From the NCBI GenBank assembly GCA_050287845.1, contig JBNKCR010000051.1:1-59854 (forward strand): a DNA stretch of 59,854 nt, given 5' to 3'. Under the pieces are notes generated by a model. The model did not search any database and was not told the origin of the DNA. It saw only the letters and a list, made by a program, of their open reading frames with translations. Source of the stretch: Polyangia bacterium. GTDB lineage: Bacteria; Myxococcota_A; Polyangia; JAAYKL01. The position numbers and the translations under genes are program-made. Positions 1-11,764 of this stretch are shown one piece after another (position 1 is the first letter of the stretch; the number at the start of each line of letters is the position of its first letter).

Positions 1-163
1 TCGGCATCTTTGCGCTTTCGTCCTCAGTCCCTCGGTCGATGTAGCTATGGCTACACCTCGGTCGGGCCTTGCGGGCGCGCAGCAAAGCTGCTCGTATTCC
101 CGCGATTTCGCTGGCGGAACCAAACCGATCGCCGCTCTAGCTGAATTCAACAATGGTTCGGGG

Positions 164-1675
164 TCAGGGAGTGCTCACGATTTTAAGCATGACGACGCTG
201 TGACCGGCCACGTTGTTGGCGGTGTATGAGTCGTTGAATGATCCGAGGTCCTCATGTTTCCAGAGATCGCGGACCGTGGCGGCGCCGGCGGGAAGACCGA
301 TGTCGCTCCATTGAACAGTCATGGCGGGGTTGCCTGATCCACGATTGAAAAGCGCGACTGCGCGGGTGTTGGGTTCCGACAGTTCCTTGGACCACACCTC
401 AAGATCACCCCCGGGGGTGGCGACAACGCGGCCCTGATACCCGAGCTTATCCTGATTGACGGCAATGACTTCGGCATTCGTGAGGGTTTCTATTGTCGTG
501 GCACTCATTTGGGAAACGTCGTTGCCGGCGATGAGCGGCGACGCCATGATGGCCCACATACTGAAGTGCGCGCGGCTTTCCGTGTCACTCAGCCCGCGAT
601 TGCCGACCTCCATCATATCGGGATCGTTCCAATGTCCGGGGCCTGCGCCGATGTACTCGTTTTTGTTTGCGTCAATGCACCGGAGTATTTCGTTCCAGCC
701 ATCCCAGATGTCCATTTCGATGCGCCACATGTTCGCAACCTCGTACACTTTGAAGTCGAGGCCGGGGGGAGCAGTGCCACAGTTGGTCGGTGTGCAGAAT
801 GGGCCCTGGTTTGCCGGGTTGATGCTATAGAAAATGTCACGCCCCGTTGCTTTCAATGCGTCACGCATCACAAAGAAACTTTCCATTTTACCGGCGCACA
901 GGTCGTACTTGAGGTAGTCAATTCCCCATTCGGCAAAGGTTTGTGCGTCAATTTCCTCATACCCCAGGCTGCCCACGCGTCGGGGATCGTTCCCGTAGAG
1001 GCCAGTACAGGTGAGGGTGTTGGGGGTGGTGTAGATGCCTATTTTCAGTCCCAGATTGTGAATGTAATCCGCAAGTGCGGCAATTCCCGATGGGAATTTG
1101 CTGGTGTCAACATTAAACCGATGGGTATTGGGATCCCTTCCATTCATCCAACAGTCATCGAGATTGACATATTCGTACCCGGCGGCCGCCAACCCTGTCG
1201 AAACGAAGGCATCTGCTGTGGCTTTCACGACATTTTCGTTGAGGCCGTCGCATGCAAACGTGTTCCACGAATTCCATCCCATCGGTGGGGTTGCCCCGAC
1301 AATCTCGGGTTCTGTATCTGTATCTGTATCTGTGCCGGTGTCCGTATCCGCATCTGTGTCAGAGTCTGTGTCTGTATCAGAGTCAGAGTCAGAGTCTGTG
1401 TCTGTGTCGGTGTCGGTGTCTGTATCCGTATCTGTGTCGGTGTCTGTATCAGAGTCAGAGTCGGTGTCAGAATCGGTGTCAGTATCAGAGTCGGTGTCAG
1501 AATCGGTGTCAGAGTCCGAATCGGTGTCAGAGTCCGAATCGGTGTCGGTGTCCGAGTCACTGTCTGAATCCGAGTCTGAACCAGTACTCTGGCTGTTGTT
1601 GGAATCACTGCTGCACGATGCAAACACAGTGCAGAAAATCCAGATCAATAGTCCCAGTAGTTGTCGATTTTTCAT
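164..1675 (-). CDS. GH27 alpha-galactosidase/beta-L-arabinopyranosidase-like lipoprotein with Asp-Ser/Thr linker
   Basis: Lipobox (VFASC), long DS/DT tract, then [43 protein letters not shown] motifs and melibiase C-terminal domain. Confidence 0.93.
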   Translation of the reverse strand: MKNRQLLGLLIWIFCTVFASCSSDSNNSQSTGSDSDSDSDSDTDTDSDSDTDSDSDTDSDTDSDTDTDSDTDSDSDTDTDTDTDTDTDTDTDTDSDSDSDTDTDSDTDADTDTGTDTDTDTEPEIVGATPPMGWNSWNTFACDGLNENVVKATADAFVSTGLAAAGYEYVNLDDCWMNGRDPNTHRFNVDTSKFPSGIAALADYIHNLGLKIGIYTTPNTLTCTGLYGNDPRRVGSLGYEEIDAQTFAEWGIDYLKYDLCAGKMESFFVMRDALKATGRDIFYSINPANQGPFCTPTNCGTAPPGLDFKVYEVANMWRIEMDIWDGWNEILRCIDANKNEYIGAGPGHWNDPDMMEVGNRGLSDTESRAHFSMWAIMASPLIAGNDVSQMSATTIETLTNAEVIAVNQDKLGYQGRVVATPGGDLEVWSKELSEPNTRAVALFNRGSGNPAMTVQWSDIGLPAGAATVRDLWKHEDLGSFNDSYTANNVAGHSVVMLKIVSTP

Positions 1676-1899
1676 GATGCTCCCTCTTCATTTTGGACAA
1701 TAAAAATCCAATTTTGAGTTTATTGTAAGTGGACAGGAGGAGGGGCGAACGGGCGGAAAATCTGTAGACGGATGCCGAAAGACAATCCGGTCTTCTGCCG
1801 CAGGAGCAGATTCATTCAATATTGACCGAATAGCTGTTCGTGGTGAAATCCGCGCCACCGGCGCGTTGGGGAAATTCCCAACCGAATTGAATCTCGTGC

Positions 1900-1963
1900 A
1901 GGTATCTGTATTTGTGTCAGTATCTGTATCTGTATCTGTATCTGTGTCTGTATCTGTATCCAA
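1900..1963 (-). repeat. Orphan Asp-Thr hexamer tract (remnant of a lipoprotein linker)
   Basis: (GATACA)n-type run on minus strand with no signal peptide upstream and no recognisable domain downstream. Confidence 0.6.
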
Positions 1964-2279
1964 GCCCGATGCTGGTCAGTGTCACTTCGGCGCACTGGAG
2001 GAGGGGGCCAATTCTCCATGGACAAATCCGGCGGAATTTTATACACTGGTAGAAATGGTATTTTACCAGGTGCCTTTAGTGGCGGAGACAGATTTTGCCG
2101 CCGATGGAGCGCATCTGACTTTTCGACTGGGATATGAAAACCAGACCATGGATGTACATCCTTCACGACTAGTCAATTATGGTCCGATCGAGAGTGAAAG
2201 CAGACCGGAATGCCTTCCAAATACAACAGATCTGTTGTTGAATCCTGAAATTGTCAGGACACCACCAACGGCTGTGTTT

Positions 2280-2363
2280 GTTGACGTTTATGATGTCCGC
2301 ATTTATAGCAAGGTGCTCACGGACAACGAAATTCGATCTCTTGCTGTGGGGAGTGGAAAATGA
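2280..2363 (+). pseudogene. Probable C-terminal fragment of a LamG/concanavalin-like domain gene
   Basis: YDVRIYSKVLTDNEIRSLA matches the LamG terminal motif DDVRIYxxALsxxEI; no credible N-terminus. Confidence 0.45.
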
Positions 2364-2504
2364 TGAAAGAGGGTTGAACTCCCGAAACAATAGAACTGAC
2401 TCTTTTCCATGTCTCGGATGAGCCTGACTGCATAAGTGTACTATAATGATATATGGTCCAGTGGAACTGGTGATTTTTAGCCAGTATTAACGAGGAGAAA
2501 AGGA

Positions 2505-3842
2505 ATGAATTCAACAACATTATTGCGATCAGGTTCGACAGTATTTCTTCTGGCTTTTCCGTTGATCACTCTCATTCTGATGATATCGTCATGCGACGGT
2601 GAAAAAACAGATGACCAGACCACTGACAGCGCGACTGCGACAGAAAGCGATTCAGATTCTGTCGTTGCCATCGAAGGGGAAGTCGAAATTTTCACATGGT
2701 GGACAGCCCTTGGGGAAGCAGACGCATTGTCTGCACTGCTGAATGTGTATAACAGCATCTATCCCAACGTGGACATTATTGATATTTCGGGAATATTGGG
2801 CGACGGCGCCGTCGCATTGGCGGCTATTGAAGAGAGAATTGACAATGGTGAAGCGCCCCCGGATGTGATGCAGATTTCATCCGGTTCCATGGATATTAAC
2901 TCCTGGATCAGATACAATAACGTCAATGGAAATAACAAATTGCAGCCGCTTGATTTCTTGTGGGAAAAGGAGAACTGGACCGTCGACTATCCGCCGAAGA
3001 TCAAAGAAACGATGACGGGCAGCGATGGCCATTTTTACGGCGTTCCCATTGGCATGCACAGAATCAATAATCTGGTGGTAAACAAAAGTCTCGTTCCCCA
3101 ATCTCCCACCACATATCAGGAATTTATTGCCGTTGCCCAGAATATCGCCACACGTGGAATCACGCCAGTGATAATCTGCGAAGACCCATGGATACTGAAT
3201 CTCATGTTGCATTCCGTTATGGCTTCGATTTCACCGGATTTATATGCGCAATTTTATTCAAATTCGCTGGATGTCTCGACCAGCGACGGACAAGCATTCC
3301 TGAGGGCGGGCATTGAACGGTTTCTTGAAATTTTAACATACGCATCACCGGCGGACGCAACAACAGACGACCGTTCCTGCTGGCTCAATGCGACTGACGC
3401 GATTTACAACGGTACTGCCGGCATGTTTTTCCATCCAGATTGGGTAAAGGGATATCTTACTTCTCTGGGATTCAGTCCCGGTATTGATTTTGACTCCGTG
3501 GCGGTCTTTGGTACGACGCCTCTTTTCAGATTCAATGTGGATTCCTTCGTCCTGTTCAAGGATGCGCAGAATATGGACAACGCGATCAGTTTTTTATCCG
3601 TGGCTGGATCGCCTGAAGGTCAGATGGCCTTTAATATCATTAAAGGTTCGAGCCCTGTCCATCCCAATATTGACCAGCAGAGTACCCTGTGGGATTCCAT
3701 TGCCGCTTCAACGAAGCAGCACTTTGATCAGTCGACGTATCGATTGTGGGATTGGGATTATCAGAATCAGGATCTCGGCACAATAGGGTCACGATTGTAC
3801 AAAGGTACCTTGACCGTTGATGAAGCGATTGCTCGATTCTGA
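2505..3842 (+). CDS. Sugar ABC-type solute-binding lipoprotein (glucose/mannose-like family 1)
   Basis: Lipobox ISSC; VEIFTWWT.xGEADAL, YGVPIGMHRINNL, DSFVL, GQMAFNIIKGS; RBS AAGGA. Confidence 0.85.
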   Translation: MNSTTLLRSGSTVFLLAFPLITLILMISSCDGEKTDDQTTDSATATESDSDSVVAIEGEVEIFTWWTALGEADALSALLNVYNSIYPNVDIIDISGILGDGAVALAAIEERIDNGEAPPDVMQISSGSMDINSWIRYNNVNGNNKLQPLDFLWEKENWTVDYPPKIKETMTGSDGHFYGVPIGMHRINNLVVNKSLVPQSPTTYQEFIAVAQNIATRGITPVIICEDPWILNLMLHSVMASISPDLYAQFYSNSLDVSTSDGQAFLRAGIERFLEILTYASPADATTDDRSCWLNATDAIYNGTAGMFFHPDWVKGYLTSLGFSPGIDFDSVAVFGTTPLFRFNVDSFVLFKDAQNMDNAISFLSVAGSPEGQMAFNIIKGSSPVHPNIDQQSTLWDSIAASTKQHFDQSTYRLWDWDYQNQDLGTIGSRLYKGTLTVDEAIARF

Positions 3843-4125
3843 CAGAGGCAAAAGGGTGAATCGAATTCCATCGCCAGTCATGGAAGCCCATTGCAAGGGT
3901 GAATCCACTGCCTCATTCCACATGTTTTTTTTCTGAAAAAAAAGACGTTCAGCCCGTTTTTTTTTTATTTTCCTGTCCGTTACACATAGGGGCGGTGATG
4001 GTGGGGTATATGTGCAATGGAGCATCAGTAAAAGATCACCGATGCATGATAAACAGGGAAATTCAACAGATGGCCGATGTTGATTCCCGTTTTGATGAAT
4101 TGGCCAAACACAAGGGGATGCAGAA

Positions 4126-4965
4126 ATGACAAAGTTCTGGCGAAATTTTTTATCATTTATCGTATTTTTTTCAGTTGGATTGATCGTGATGCAATGTAAA
4201 GACGATGAAGATGGGACCAACCACAGAGATTCGGATACCGGTTCTGCGGCGAATGACAGCGCTACAGCCAGCGATTCGACGCAGGGCAGTGATACCAACG
4301 ACGGAAATTCGTCGGACTCAACACCTCACGACAGTGCCACATTGGATGAAACCCCCACAGAAAATGAGGGAACCGAATCCGGGACCGGAGGCACAGAATT
4401 GCAGTTGGTGCGGATGCTGGATGACTTTGAGGATGGTGACAACCTGTCGCTGCTGGGTGAAGCCTGGTACTGGTACACGGATGAAAGCAATAATGGTGCA
4501 TCAACGATAACCACTACCGTAAATGAAGATGGTGAAATGGTGATGGACGGAGCGGGGTACGAATCCACCGCTGCACTGACATTGAGTTGGGCGCTTGATC
4601 AGGGGGACTACGAATGGACACCCTATGTGGGCTGGGGGGTGAATTGCGGCGACGAGACGACCCCATTCGACATCAGCGGCTACGGTGGGATTACGTACAT
4701 GTACAAAGGGAGTGCCCATATCGCGGTAATTGAGACTACAAATATTGTTGATAATGATTTTTACAAGGCAGGCGTGGACGCTTCTGCAGAGTGGCGCCGC
4801 ATTGATATTCCGTATGCCCTTCTGGCCCAGGATGGTTGGGGCGCGACAGTGGATTTCGCTCCCGAGAGTGTTCGGGCCATTTCCTTCCAGGCCATGGGAG
4901 CAACCGGTGATACAGGCACTGTAACCATCGATAATTTAGGGTTGTTGGGCGAGCAGGGGCTTTAA
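4126..4965 (+). CDS. Lipoprotein with CBM11/CIA30-like carbohydrate-binding domain
   Basis: Lipobox VMQC, acidic linker, LDDFEDGD..WYWYTD, DISGYGGITY.YKG, LAQDGWG, VTIDNL. Confidence 0.75.
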   Translation: MTKFWRNFLSFIVFFSVGLIVMQCKDDEDGTNHRDSDTGSAANDSATASDSTQGSDTNDGNSSDSTPHDSATLDETPTENEGTESGTGGTELQLVRMLDDFEDGDNLSLLGEAWYWYTDESNNGASTITTTVNEDGEMVMDGAGYESTAALTLSWALDQGDYEWTPYVGWGVNCGDETTPFDISGYGGITYMYKGSAHIAVIETTNIVDNDFYKAGVDASAEWRRIDIPYALLAQDGWGATVDFAPESVRAISFQAMGATGDTGTVTIDNLGLLGEQGL

Positions 4966-5143
4966 ACCTGAATTCGCACCCCTCCGTCTCCGTTTTATCA
5001 CCCCTGAAAAATAGCCACGCAAATAGTTCATTAAGACTTGATCTGTTATGAAAATGTGCAATCGTATTCATTCAGTATAAAATTTTCGTGTCTTTTGATG
5101 TAATTTCAATCATAGGATAGGGACATAATTCATATGGCTATAC

Positions 5144-6544
5144 ATGTCGCGAAACGGAAGAAGTCGAATGATGGACAATATTGGTGACCGAATAAAGACT
5201 TTCAATACACGCTTGCTACTGAAAGTAATTTTCGATGTGTCGCGCGATGCGACGGTAAACCGGTTTTTGAAATCTCCCTTTCTGCAGAATTCTCCGCAGA
5301 ATTTTTCAGAGATGGCATCCCCTCTTCTTTTTGGAATTTTAATTGTCGCCCTCCTCACGATAACCGGCTGTATTGAACCACTCGAAGACGAAAGCAAGGA
5401 AAAAGGGGTGGGCATCGGGTTACTGCTGCCATACACCGGAGGCGAATCCGCTGTGGGGACGAACTACGAACGTGCTGCGATGATGGCAAAGGAAAGAATT
5501 AACGCGGCAGGAGGGATTATGGGGAAACGAATTCATTTTGTGGCAAAAGATACCCATTCCGATCCGGTTCGCGCCGTCGCCGCGTTAAATGAAATTCTGG
5601 CGTATGAAAATGTAATCGCCGTCATTGGGCCGGAAGGTGCAGATGTTGCCGATACCATTTTTCCGATACTGGAGCAGAAGCGCATTCTCTTTATCTCGCC
5701 AATGGTGTCGGGTTCAGACGGACTTTCAACGTCCGCTGAAACCCCCTGGTTCAGACTGGCCCCATCCGCTGCAACACTTGGCCGCGCTTTTGCCAACTAC
5801 CTCATATTCAACCAGAACCTCACCTCCGTGAACACGGTTTTTTCAGGAGACGACTATAACGCGGATTTTACCCGCGAATTTGAAAACAGATTTGTGGAAC
5901 TGGGAGGTGTAATCGAAAACAGTATTCCTCTTTCCAGTAGCAAACTCACGTATGACAGTGAAGTGAACCTGATGCAGCTGGGGACCACCAGAAATGTGGT
6001 GATGTCGGCATCCGTTGACAGCAGCGTCCGATTTACAAACGAACTGTCGCTTTCCAGCGAAGGCCCGAAATGGAACTGGTTTCTGTCGCCAAGTCTGCAG
6101 ACGCCGGTATTTATGCAGAATACGCTTCAGAGCGCGCTGGAAGGTGCGAAGGGCATTGGCATTCGTGTCGACAATCCGGATGAGGAATTTGTGGATGAGT
6201 ACAGGAAGAGATGGGATGATACCCCGCTTGACGGCGCTTTTTTCTATTTTGACGCATTGACCGTACTTGGCCTGGCCATGACAGCTGCTGCCCATAATAA
6301 TACGGGCGAACTCAATTATGCCGGAATCAGAGATGCCATGATGGAAGTGGCAACCCCCTCTGGAGTGCAAGTGCGCTGGTCTGAAACGGAAAAGGGATTC
6401 TCCCACATTCAGAATGGCTTATCTCTGTATTATTCAGGATTGACCGGTCCACTGTTGTTCACTGAATACGGACAACAGACAAAGGCCCTGATGACCTATT
6501 GGACCATTTCCAATGGACAAATCTCAACTGGCAATCCGCTTTAA
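5144..6544 (+). CDS. LivJ/K-type periplasmic binding lipoprotein (true start probably near 5312)
   Basis: IGLLLPYTG, ERINAAGGIMGK, KDTHSDP, AVIGP, WFRLAPS, YSGLTG; lipobox ITGC. Confidence 0.8.
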   Translation: MSRNGRSRMMDNIGDRIKTFNTRLLLKVIFDVSRDATVNRFLKSPFLQNSPQNFSEMASPLLFGILIVALLTITGCIEPLEDESKEKGVGIGLLLPYTGGESAVGTNYERAAMMAKERINAAGGIMGKRIHFVAKDTHSDPVRAVAALNEILAYENVIAVIGPEGADVADTIFPILEQKRILFISPMVSGSDGLSTSAETPWFRLAPSAATLGRAFANYLIFNQNLTSVNTVFSGDDYNADFTREFENRFVELGGVIENSIPLSSSKLTYDSEVNLMQLGTTRNVVMSASVDSSVRFTNELSLSSEGPKWNWFLSPSLQTPVFMQNTLQSALEGAKGIGIRVDNPDEEFVDEYRKRWDDTPLDGAFFYFDALTVLGLAMTAAAHNNTGELNYAGIRDAMMEVATPSGVQVRWSETEKGFSHIQNGLSLYYSGLTGPLLFTEYGQQTKALMTYWTISNGQISTGNPL

Positions 6545-6560
6545 TAGAAGGGACAAGACG

Positions 6561-9002
6561 GTGACAAATATTCGATTATGCCATTGCCTGCACATTGTAA
6601 TCATGGTGTTCATGTTATTGTTCTGTTTTACCCTTTTTACGCCGGTTGCATCCGGCGACACAGGTAGTGACTCTCAACAAATGGGCGATGGCATCGACAG
6701 TGCCACCGAACCTGAACCGGATACCGCTGAAGACACCACCACACCATCGGATTCGAACATTGCCGACGTTTCGGAAGATACTGACAGCGATACCGCGGCT
6801 GATCAAATCGCGCCAGCTGAACAGATTCCGAAGACAGATATACCCGATGATACCGTAACCGTAGACCAGAACGAAAACTTAACGGATGCGGATGTCGCTG
6901 CGGAAGCGGAGATCACCGATGTCATGCTCGACGCATCCCTGGAGGAATTGCTGAATACTCCGGTGGAAGTATGGACAGCGACCAAAACCGCCGAGCATAT
7001 TGAGGAAGCGCCTTCGATTATCGAAGTGGTCACTGCCGAGGAACTCGAAAGATGGGGATACGAAACCGTTGGTGAAGCCCTTCAGCACATGCTTGGCTTC
7101 TACGTAATCGACAATCACACATTGCCCAATGCCACGGTTCGCGGCGTGACCGGCGTGGCCGGTTCGGAGAGCGGATTGATCAAAGTGATGATTAACGGTC
7201 GTTCCGTCGCATTCAGAGCAACCGCCGGAAACTGGCTCGGACCGGAACTGATTCCCTGGAGCGCAGTCAAACAGATTGAAGTGATTCGCGGCCCGGCGTC
7301 GGCGCTCTATGGTGCAGACGCGTTTTTAGCCACAGTCAATATCGTGCTGAAAAAACCTGCCGACATAAACGGCATCATTCTTCACGGTGTGCTGGAATCG
7401 GAAACGAACTCACTGGACAACATGGACGACACCTTTCCCGATACCCGCTATGACATTACCGGTGCAACAATGATTGGCGATGTGGGAATGCTGATCTCCA
7501 TTGCTGCAGAAAAGGGGAGCCGGGATGGACTGCGGCTGCCGGATTCGTCGCCGGCACCGGCCATTCCGGACTATAACAGGGGCCACAAATGGGCCACCGG
7601 CGCCACCCACGACTCTGCTGTGGTATACGCAGAATTGTCCTATGAAAAAAAACGGGGTTCAATTTCACTCAGCGCATACAGCTCCACCATTGAACGCGGT
7701 GGAGAATTCTCCCAATGGTCGCAGCTCTCCCATGGACTCGACCAGTACGGCAGACATACCGGAAGCAATATCAATCTGATTCACAACCTGCTGGGAATTG
7801 ACGGCGTTCTCAACGTCCATGAGAACCTCAAACTCACTCTCAATACCACTCTCTTTTACGGCAGGCCGCTCAATGGCGATAGAATCGAGGTTGCCAGTGA
7901 CCTGTACTATGTTCACCGGGCGTTCAGGTACAAGGGATTCAACACTGTCCTCGAGGCTCTCTGGAAACCGCTGGAAAGACTCTCTATTGTTGGTGGTTTC
8001 GAATTGCTGTATGATGACGAAACACTTCCGCACCATGAGCGCATAGACAAAATGTCCGGCAACGTCCTTCATGACTTTTCATCGAACAACACCGATATCC
8101 ACAAGGAATTTGTCAATCCGGCTGCCTATATCCAGGCGAATATGAATGTCATTCCCGATTTCCTGAAACTGACCGGTGGTCTTCGGATGGATTATCACAA
8201 TATTTATGGCGGACAGCTCACCGGGCGCGCCGGTGCCGTGTTTCTCTGGACGAGAAATTTTACCACCAAGGTATTGTATGGCAGTGCCTTTAAAGCACCA
8301 TCCCCATCATTGCTATATAACAAGCCACTGACGCCCGGGGATGTAATTGGTAATCCCGACCTTGAGTCACAGTTCGTTCATACCCTGGAAGTGGCGCCAG
8401 CAATTCAGATTGTACGTCATCTGGTACTGCACTCAACTCTTGCGTACAATACTATAAAAAATAAAGCAGACCTTATTCCCGATGGCATCAATCGCAAGGC
8501 TGCGAACGTGGCTGAAGTGCAGGGAATTTCGTGGGAAACAAAACTCGATTTCAATTATCAGAAAATCGTGTTCGCATATCTCGGTTTTGAAGTGCAAAAA
8601 GTGCTTCGCGACCTGGGGCGAAGCGGATATGAAGCGAATCTGATTGGCATAAAAAATGTTATTGCACCGCCATGGATTCTCCGCGTCGGGGTATCCAGCG
8701 GCCTCCCATTCCTGGCGCCGGTACCTGTTCGCATTGGCGTTCATGCAATGACGGTAGGGCCGCGCCGTGCCTCAGATGAAAATATCGTGCAACGCGGCAA
8801 GGAATACGAACTGCCCACCTACACCCTGTTGAACGCATCCATTTCCTTCCCGGATATTCGCATTTTTCCACATGGGGATACCACATTTTCCATACGCGGA
8901 TACAATTTGCTCGATGCCAACGGTCCCGAACCGGGATTTGCCGGAGTGGACTATCCGTTGCAGCGACGACGAATTCTGGCAGAGTTGCTGCAGACATTCT
9001 GA
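6561..9002 (+). CDS. TonB-dependent receptor
   Basis: SLEELL..V.TATK....EAPS plug, IEVIRGPASALYGADA, YGSAFKAPS, GNPDL, terminal Phe; GTG start after GAAGGGA (ORF opens at 6513). Confidence 0.9.
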   Translation: MTNIRLCHCLHIVIMVFMLLFCFTLFTPVASGDTGSDSQQMGDGIDSATEPEPDTAEDTTTPSDSNIADVSEDTDSDTAADQIAPAEQIPKTDIPDDTVTVDQNENLTDADVAAEAEITDVMLDASLEELLNTPVEVWTATKTAEHIEEAPSIIEVVTAEELERWGYETVGEALQHMLGFYVIDNHTLPNATVRGVTGVAGSESGLIKVMINGRSVAFRATAGNWLGPELIPWSAVKQIEVIRGPASALYGADAFLATVNIVLKKPADINGIILHGVLESETNSLDNMDDTFPDTRYDITGATMIGDVGMLISIAAEKGSRDGLRLPDSSPAPAIPDYNRGHKWATGATHDSAVVYAELSYEKKRGSISLSAYSSTIERGGEFSQWSQLSHGLDQYGRHTGSNINLIHNLLGIDGVLNVHENLKLTLNTTLFYGRPLNGDRIEVASDLYYVHRAFRYKGFNTVLEALWKPLERLSIVGGFELLYDDETLPHHERIDKMSGNVLHDFSSNNTDIHKEFVNPAAYIQANMNVIPDFLKLTGGLRMDYHNIYGGQLTGRAGAVFLWTRNFTTKVLYGSAFKAPSPSLLYNKPLTPGDVIGNPDLESQFVHTLEVAPAIQIVRHLVLHSTLAYNTIKNKADLIPDGINRKAANVAEVQGISWETKLDFNYQKIVFAYLGFEVQKVLRDLGRSGYEANLIGIKNVIAPPWILRVGVSSGLPFLAPVPVRIGVHAMTVGPRRASDENIVQRGKEYELPTYTLLNASISFPDIRIFPHGDTTFSIRGYNLLDANGPEPGFAGVDYPLQRRRILAELLQTF

Positions 9003-9242
9003 TCATATAACACATGATTCCCACCTTTTCGCTTCTTTGCTGGGGATAGCACCGGTACGAGAGCACTGCGCTGTCCGCATTCACGTCAACTTTTTTTTTG
9101 CGGCACTCGAGGGGCCCAAATGGGGGGGGTAAAGATTTGGTGAATGTCTGATTGCATCAGAATAGAGTGAAGTCGATTTTCAAACAGCTTTGGATCGGTC
9201 CCGGGGGAAAATCAGGACAGTCTGGGATTCGGCGAGGGCGGT

Positions 9243-9786
9243 TATGTAACGATTCAGGTCGGCGGTGACACGCGGGGATTTGCCATGCGGCTTCCCGACA
9301 ATTACGATAACAGCAAGCCATATCCGTTTTCGGATTGCAGAAAGAATCAAATAACGGCGCCATTTTTGTTGCCCCGATGGAATCAGTGGGGGATGGGCCA
9401 ATTCCGGCGGATGTGAAAATGGTCGTGATCCCATCGCCTACAGGCAGATGGCTGGATTGACAGACGATACATGTCCGATAAGCATGGATGAACCGATGAA
9501 AGACAAGTTTGTTCAGAATAACGGCTGTACACCACAGAATGCGTCGCAACCACCGTAACCGCCACCATACCTCAGTGATGGAGGCCACGTCTGTACTGAT
9601 TATCAGGGGTGCAGTGAGGGACATCCGCTACGTTGGTGCGTGCACCAATCCGGACATGGCAACGCGGTTGTGGATGGCACTTCAGATCTGTGGAATTCAT
9701 GCGCCACAGCGCCCAACACCTGCTCAGACTCATGCCCGTGCAGCTGGGTTCCCGCAGACGTCTGGCAGTTTTTCTTATCGCTCTGA
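9243..9786 (+). pseudogene. Degraded feruloyl esterase/PHB-depolymerase-like (CE1-type) gene
   Basis: Across frames: RLPDNYDNSKPYP, GAIFVA(P)DGISGGWANSGG, DPIAY, KFVQNNGCT, HVCTDYQGCSEGHPLRWC, WVPADVWQFF*; frameshifts, in-frame TAA, and the GxSxG region is deleted. Confidence 0.75.
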
Positions 9787-9916
9787 AACTCGTTTCGTTT
9801 CAACGATCTGCGTGACGGCACGTATGCGTTGATAGATACGCTGACATTTTCAAATGTTGATTCGGGTAGCAATGGATTTTTACGTCAAGTATATAGCCTG
9901 CGAAGATGAGCGGCCA

Positions 9917-10023
9917 CGGGCCTGGACTTTATCACGGGAACCCACAATGACATGATCATCGGCAATGCCTTCACGTACATCGGTGGCAGCGGTATCTCCG
10001 TTGCCAGATTCACTGTCGATGAA
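9917..10023 (+). pseudogene. Fragment of a parallel beta-helix protein gene
   Basis: AATGLDFITGTHNDMIIGNAFTYIGGSGISV resembles beta-helix coil repeats; isolated, no full ORF. Confidence 0.4.
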
Positions 10024-10195
10024 AGGAGAGACTGCCTGTTGGCTAAATCGGGCGATTATCCGTTTTTTCTGTCGCACGGAAGACGCAGATTGCTCCGATG
10101 GAGATTCCCGTCTGCCAAATTAATGGTTCGAAATCCGCCCCGTTTTTTCCGGGCTGTGCCACGATCTCCATAGGACAGACGGAAAGGCCAGGCTG

Positions 10196-11764
10196 ATGAC
10201 AGAAAAATCACCGACACTTGGGATATTTATTTGGGTTGCCATCCTGATGGGCGTGTTTCTGATGGGGATCTCCTGTTCCGACGATGGAAACGCATCTGAA
10301 AACGGTCAATCCGGTGAGTCGGATGTGGATGCGGACACAGATTCGGACAGTGACACCGATACCGACACGGACACGGACACGGATTCGGATAGTGACACCG
10401 ATACCGACACGGACACGGACACGGATTCGGATAGTGACACCGATACCGACATGGACACGGACACGGATTCGGACACGGATTCGGATAGTGACACCGATAC
10501 TGATGCGGATACGGATACGGATTCGGACGGCGACATCCCCGTTGCCTGTAGCACAGGAACGGCGCAGAACGGAGATGTGACAGTGGACATGTCGAATCTG
10601 CAGCAGAAGATATCCGGATTCGGTGTCTCCAGTGCATGGGCGGGAGATTTCAGAGATCCGGAAAATGATCCGGATATGCTTTGGTCGACGGAGACCGGCG
10701 CCGGTCTCACCCTGCACCGGATTCGTATTGGAGGTGGCCCTACATCGGAAACCCGGATTGCACAGAAAGCGGTGGAGTACGGGGTGAAAGTTTGGGCGAC
10801 CCCGTGGGAAGTGAGTGAAACGGTGACAGACCGGCCCATGTGCCCCACCAACGATACCTGCGACCCGCCCCCCAAGTTGATTGACCCGGCCGGCTGGGCC
10901 GATATGCTGGTGGACTTTGTGAATACGATGTCCGACGCGGGAGTGCCCATTTATGCAATTTCCGCAGAAAATGAACCGGACAGTGGCAGCTTGAACCATA
11001 CCGTTCCGTTCACTCCTGTTGAACTGGCGGACTGGATTGCGGATTATCTCGGACCGGCACTGTCGGGAACTGATACCAAAGTCATGGCGCCGGAAACCAT
11101 GAACTGGTGGGGATTTCCCGAATACTTTGATGCGATTGCCAACAACGATGAGGCATGGAACCACGTCAGTATTTTTGCCAGTCACGAATATGGCCTCGGG
11201 CCTCGCGGTCCGGAGCCATCCATTGCTGAAGCAGGCAAGGAATATTGGGAGACGGAAGTGGACACCGGTCGCGGGGATGGTGATCCAACTGGTGACAACA
11301 TGCCCACCGCGTTGCAGATGGCAAAGGCCATTCACAACGATTTGACCGTGGCCAATCTCAATGCGTGGCATTACTGGTGGCTCTGGGCTGGTGGAACCAG
11401 TGGTGTCTACAATACGGAAACAAACGTATGGACCAAACGACTCTGGGTGTTGGGGAATTTCTCAAGGTTCGTTCGTCCGGGATACATGCGGGTCTCCACA
11501 TCGGGAGATGCACCGGCCGGAACAATGGTGTCCGCATACACCAATCCGGCGGATGGTACGGTGGTTGTGGTGGCTATCAATCCCAACAACAGCGATGCAT
11601 CGCTTTCGATGTTTATTTCAGATGTTGCTCCCTGTGAGATGACTCCCTGGGTCACGTCCGATTCTGATAGCCTTGCAGAACAATCACCGGTGCCGGTGGT
11701 GGATGCCCGATTCACTGCCTCCCTGGCGGCGCAGAGCGTTACCACTTTTGTTGGCAAACCGTGA
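10196..11764 (+). CDS. GH30 glucuronoxylanase/xylanase lipoprotein
   Basis: Lipobox GISC, DT linker, [21 protein letters not shown] (acid/base), YWETE (nucleophile), [23 protein letters not shown]. Confidence 0.9.
   Translation: MTEKSPTLGIFIWVAILMGVFLMGISCSDDGNASENGQSGESDVDADTDSDSDTDTDTDTDTDSDSDTDTDTDTDTDSDSDTDTDMDTDTDSDTDSDSDTDTDADTDTDSDGDIPVACSTGTAQNGDVTVDMSNLQQKISGFGVSSAWAGDFRDPENDPDMLWSTETGAGLTLHRIRIGGGPTSETRIAQKAVEYGVKVWATPWEVSETVTDRPMCPTNDTCDPPPKLIDPAGWADMLVDFVNTMSDAGVPIYAISAENEPDSGSLNHTVPFTPVELADWIADYLGPALSGTDTKVMAPETMNWWGFPEYFDAIANNDEAWNHVSIFASHEYGLGPRGPEPSIAEAGKEYWETEVDTGRGDGDPTGDNMPTALQMAKAIHNDLTVANLNAWHYWWLWAGGTSGVYNTETNVWTKRLWVLGNFSRFVRPGYMRVSTSGDAPAGTMVSAYTNPADGTVVVVAINPNNSDASLSMFISDVAPCEMTPWVTSDSDSLAEQSPVPVVDARFTASLAAQSVTTFVGKP

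Noticed and set aside
1098..1703. Long VSVSES / IRIRTR ORFs here and at every Asp-rich tract
   Set aside because: Antisense and alternative-frame shadows of hexamer repeats that lack stop codons
10320..10530. Regularly repeated DNA resembling a CRISPR array (also 16549-16918)
   Set aside because: Coding hexamer repeats or a two-copy duplication; no constant repeat with unique spacers and no cas genes
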